64,000 nucleotides of DNA from Callorhinchus milii (taxonomy: Eukaryota), in assembly GCF_018977255.1 (NCBI RefSeq), contig NW_024704743.1, forward strand, positions 35,280,001-35,344,000, given 5' to 3'. The notes under the pieces are model-generated. The model was not told where the DNA came from, made no database searches, and saw nothing but the letters and a program-made list of their open reading frames with translations. Every line of letters begins with the position of its first letter. Positions within the stretch are counted from its first letter, which is position 1. Positions 61,380 through 64,000 of this stretch are shown in pieces. A program made the position numbers and the translations under genes.

Positions 61380-62540
61380 TTCAGACAATTCCCCTCCCCC
61401 CAGCAGAAATCATTGCTTTCCATTTACCTCAGTGTGCACTAATCCCTATATCCTCAGATACTTATCCAGTTCTTTTTCTATGTAGTAGTTAATTGATGTA
61501 GTATTCAACTGTGCTTGTTGGGAGTCAGTTCCAAACATCCAACACTCTGCAGGAACAAATCTCCTGTAGTCTTAAATCTCACTGGAAGCTTTTAAATTTT
61601 AATCCTGTGTATTGCTCCCACCATCCAACTCACATGGCCTGCTTATATCGTAACCATAGTATTCTCGCCTCTCAGTCAGATGGGTTGTGGGTTCAAGCTC
61701 CACGTTGGGTCTTGGAAGTCATATAGTCTGTGCTGACACTCCAGTGGGGTGCTGGGGGTGTTCTGTATTGTCGAGCTGCCTTCTTTCGGATGAGATGTTA
61801 AATCAAGGCTCCATCTGCCTTTTCAGGTAAATATTAAAGATCCCATGGCACTCTTCGGAAAGAGAAGGGAGTTTCTCCCAGTGTCCTGTCCAACAATCTG
61901 CCAAATAAAATTGGTTATTAATTTCATGGTTATTTGTGGGACATTCTTGTACACATTTGGGCTGCCAAGTTTGCCTACAAAATACAGTCATTCTATGGTG
62001 TATCCAATCAGGAGCTTTGAGATGTCCTCCCTATGTCAAGGGTGCTCTATGAAATATAAGGATTATTATTATTATGCTATATGTATTCCAGCATTTCGCT
62101 ATCCTTTTGTTGTGCAATATGCATTATCTTACATTTATCCACATTAAATACATCTGCTACTCCTTTTCCCTGTTTTTAATTGCTCTACCACCTAGAATAC
62201 CAATTATCCTCCATACATTAATCATCTGCCCATAGAGCTTGGTATCATCAGCAAATTTTATTATATTACAAGATATACTCCCCTCCACATCCGTCATGAA
62301 TGGTGCGAACAGCAGGGGCCAGAGCAGACCTTTGTGGAACTGTATTGGTGATTAACTCCCAGACAGACAATTTCCATTTATCATCACCTTCTCCTTCCTA
62401 TCCCTCAGCTAGGCTTCAATCTGAAAAGCTAATTTACCAGTAATTGCATGAGCTTTAACCTTCTTTAAAAGTTTCACACGTGGAACCTTACCAAATGCCT
62501 TCTGAAAATCTAAGCAAATTGGATCAATAACATCCCACAT
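61380..62540 (-). mobile_element. Decayed CR1 LINE split by a Deu SINE
   Basis: ttggtatcatcagcaaat is the reverse of FADDTK; ggaaccttaccaaatgccttctgaaaatctaag is the reverse of LDFQKAFGKVP. Confidence 0.75.
61632..62075 (+). mobile_element. Deu-domain SINE, near full length
   Basis: ctcgcctctcagtcagatgggttgtgggttcaagc head; ttcggatgagatgttaaa...aaagatcccatggcactc core; ggattattattatt tail. Confidence 0.88.
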
Positions 62541-63158
62541 AGTTCTCTCAAGCATTTTTACTTTGTTCTCATTTGTGCTGGGAGGAAGTTGGCTTCCCTG
62601 GAATATGAAAGCCGGCTATGTTTAATGGGCTAATGAGGTGTTCTACTTTGTTTTTTCTGCTTCTTCATTAGGTACAATGATTACTTTTGCAAACATTTTT
62701 GCAAAATATGGCATGCAAAGAGATCACTAGAATGAATAATTAAATACAGTCCTGGGGAAATGATCTTTTCTAAATAATAAATGCCAAAAACTCATTGAAT
62801 TATAACTCTTAAACCAGTCATACAAAAAACAGCCTTGTAACCTGCACCAAATATAAAGTTACTTGGGCCTTTGAGTTGGGTTAGCTGAATACAGTCGCAA
62901 ATAAAAATAAATGGTGTCGGACCAGATAATGGAGCTCGGTTGTATGCCTGTGATAAATAATTAAAGCTTCTTGTCAAGCAGATTTATATTGCTGTGGGAA
63001 ATGCTTTCCTCTGCTCTTTGCCTGCTCAAGCTTCAGATTCGTCAGCTGATAGTTATTGACAAGGCTTATGCTTCATGCCTTTTTAATCAGTGTGTAAGCA
63101 GACTGACAGACATTTTGGTGTTAACTTTTACAAGGTCTTTGTTTCTTTCTGATTGCAG

Positions 63159-63319
63159 CTGGTGCTCAGGACAGGATTGGCTATGCATTTGGCCTGGGGC
63201 TGGAGAGACTGGCTATGATTTTGTACAGTATACCAGATATCCGCCTGTTCTGGAGTGAAGACGAGCGGTTTTCCAAACAATTCCAGGTCGCTCATGTTGA
63301 CCAGAAAGTCTCATTTCAG
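63159..63319 (+). CDS. FARS2: FARS2 internal coding exon (equivalent to human exon 5), class II aaRS motif 3
   Basis: Acceptor ttgtttctttctgattgcag|CT and donor TTTCAG|gtaaaa; 161 bp, phase 1 to 0. Encodes (A)[53 protein letters not shown], in frame with the previous exon. Confidence 0.97.
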
Positions 63320-63547
63320 GTAAAAAAAAAGAAACCTGGGCAGTCCCATGTATATTTTTTTACACTTTATGTGAAGCCACATTGCAAAGATGCCTATAGT
63401 TTACATCAGTGGCTCACAGTGGGAATGTTGCATCATACATGTTTGAATCATTTCCTGATTTCAGCTTTAGGTATAAAGTTATAGTTTCTTGCTTTTTAAC
63501 TTATTTTGCTCTTATGTTGATGCAGTTTTATATTGGTGTGGGAAATG

Positions 63548-63631
63548 CCCCCTCATCCCAACCCTGCCCCACGCTTGGGTCCTGATCTCTGACTGTTCAG
63601 CGCCTTGGGATATCCTCTCAATGTGAAAGGC
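63548..63631 (+). mobile_element. L2 3'-terminal fragment, interrupted within its stem-loop
   Basis: cagcgccttgggatatcctctcaatgtgaaaggc, directly abutting the tail of an opposite-strand L2. Confidence 0.75.
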
Positions 63632-64000
63632 AACAACAAAAACAACAACAAGATTCCATTTATTGAGCGCCTTTCACATCGGGAGGACGTCCCAAGGCGC
63701 TGTACAGTTGGATCAGGACCCGAGCAGAGGGGAAATGGTCAGGGTGAGGGGAGGGAAGGGAGGGAGCGAGGAGGGGGTAGAGAGTCGAGAAGGGGAGCTC
63801 AAGGCACGGTCAAAGAGAAAGGTCTTGAGACCGGCCTTGAAGGAGGAAAGGGAGGAGGCGGCGAAGGCACTGGGGGATGGAATTCCAGAGCCTAGGGGCT
63901 GAGAGGCTGAAGGCCCGGCCACCGATGGTAGGGCGGTTGGGGCGGGGGATGTGGAGCAGACCAGAGCCAGAGGAACGGAGGGTACGGGCAGGTAGGTAGG
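63632..64000 (-). mobile_element. L2 3' end (continues beyond the window)
   Basis: (AAC)n tail; gcgcctttcacatcgggaggacgtcccaaggcgc; peptide SFKAGLKTFLFDRAL. Confidence 0.92.

Overview
This window is vertebrate nuclear genomic DNA, most likely from a cartilaginous fish (probably a holocephalan such as the elephant shark). The organism is inferred only from the repeat families and the protein divergence. The window lies entirely inside the mitochondrial phenylalanyl-tRNA synthetase gene FARS2 on the + strand. Three internal coding exons are present: 1172-1331 (160 bp), 12618-12749 (132 bp) and 63159-63319 (161 bp). They have canonical AG/GT sites and compatible phases, and their lengths match human exons 3-5 as I recall them. 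The two introns are about 11.3 kb and 50.4 kb. They are densely filled with decayed retroelements: L2 LINEs, CR1 LINEs, a tRNA-Ala-headed SINE in several subfamilies, Deu-domain SINEs and AmnSINE2-like relics. A few MITE-like DNA elements and several TE-free, motif-rich stretches that look like conserved non-coding elements are also present. Almost all ORFs in the supplied track are TE fragments or noise. I found no convincing new biological system. The most noteworthy observations are a 38/40-bp fold-back hairpin inside a CR1 relic, SINE subfamilies with an internal deletion and a swapped L2 tail, a locally templated ~126-bp insertion, a candidate intronic alternative last exon, unusual FARS2 residues, and a palindromic MITE family. 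TE boundaries were judged by eye and are approximate. Family names come from remembered consensus motifs, not from a database search.
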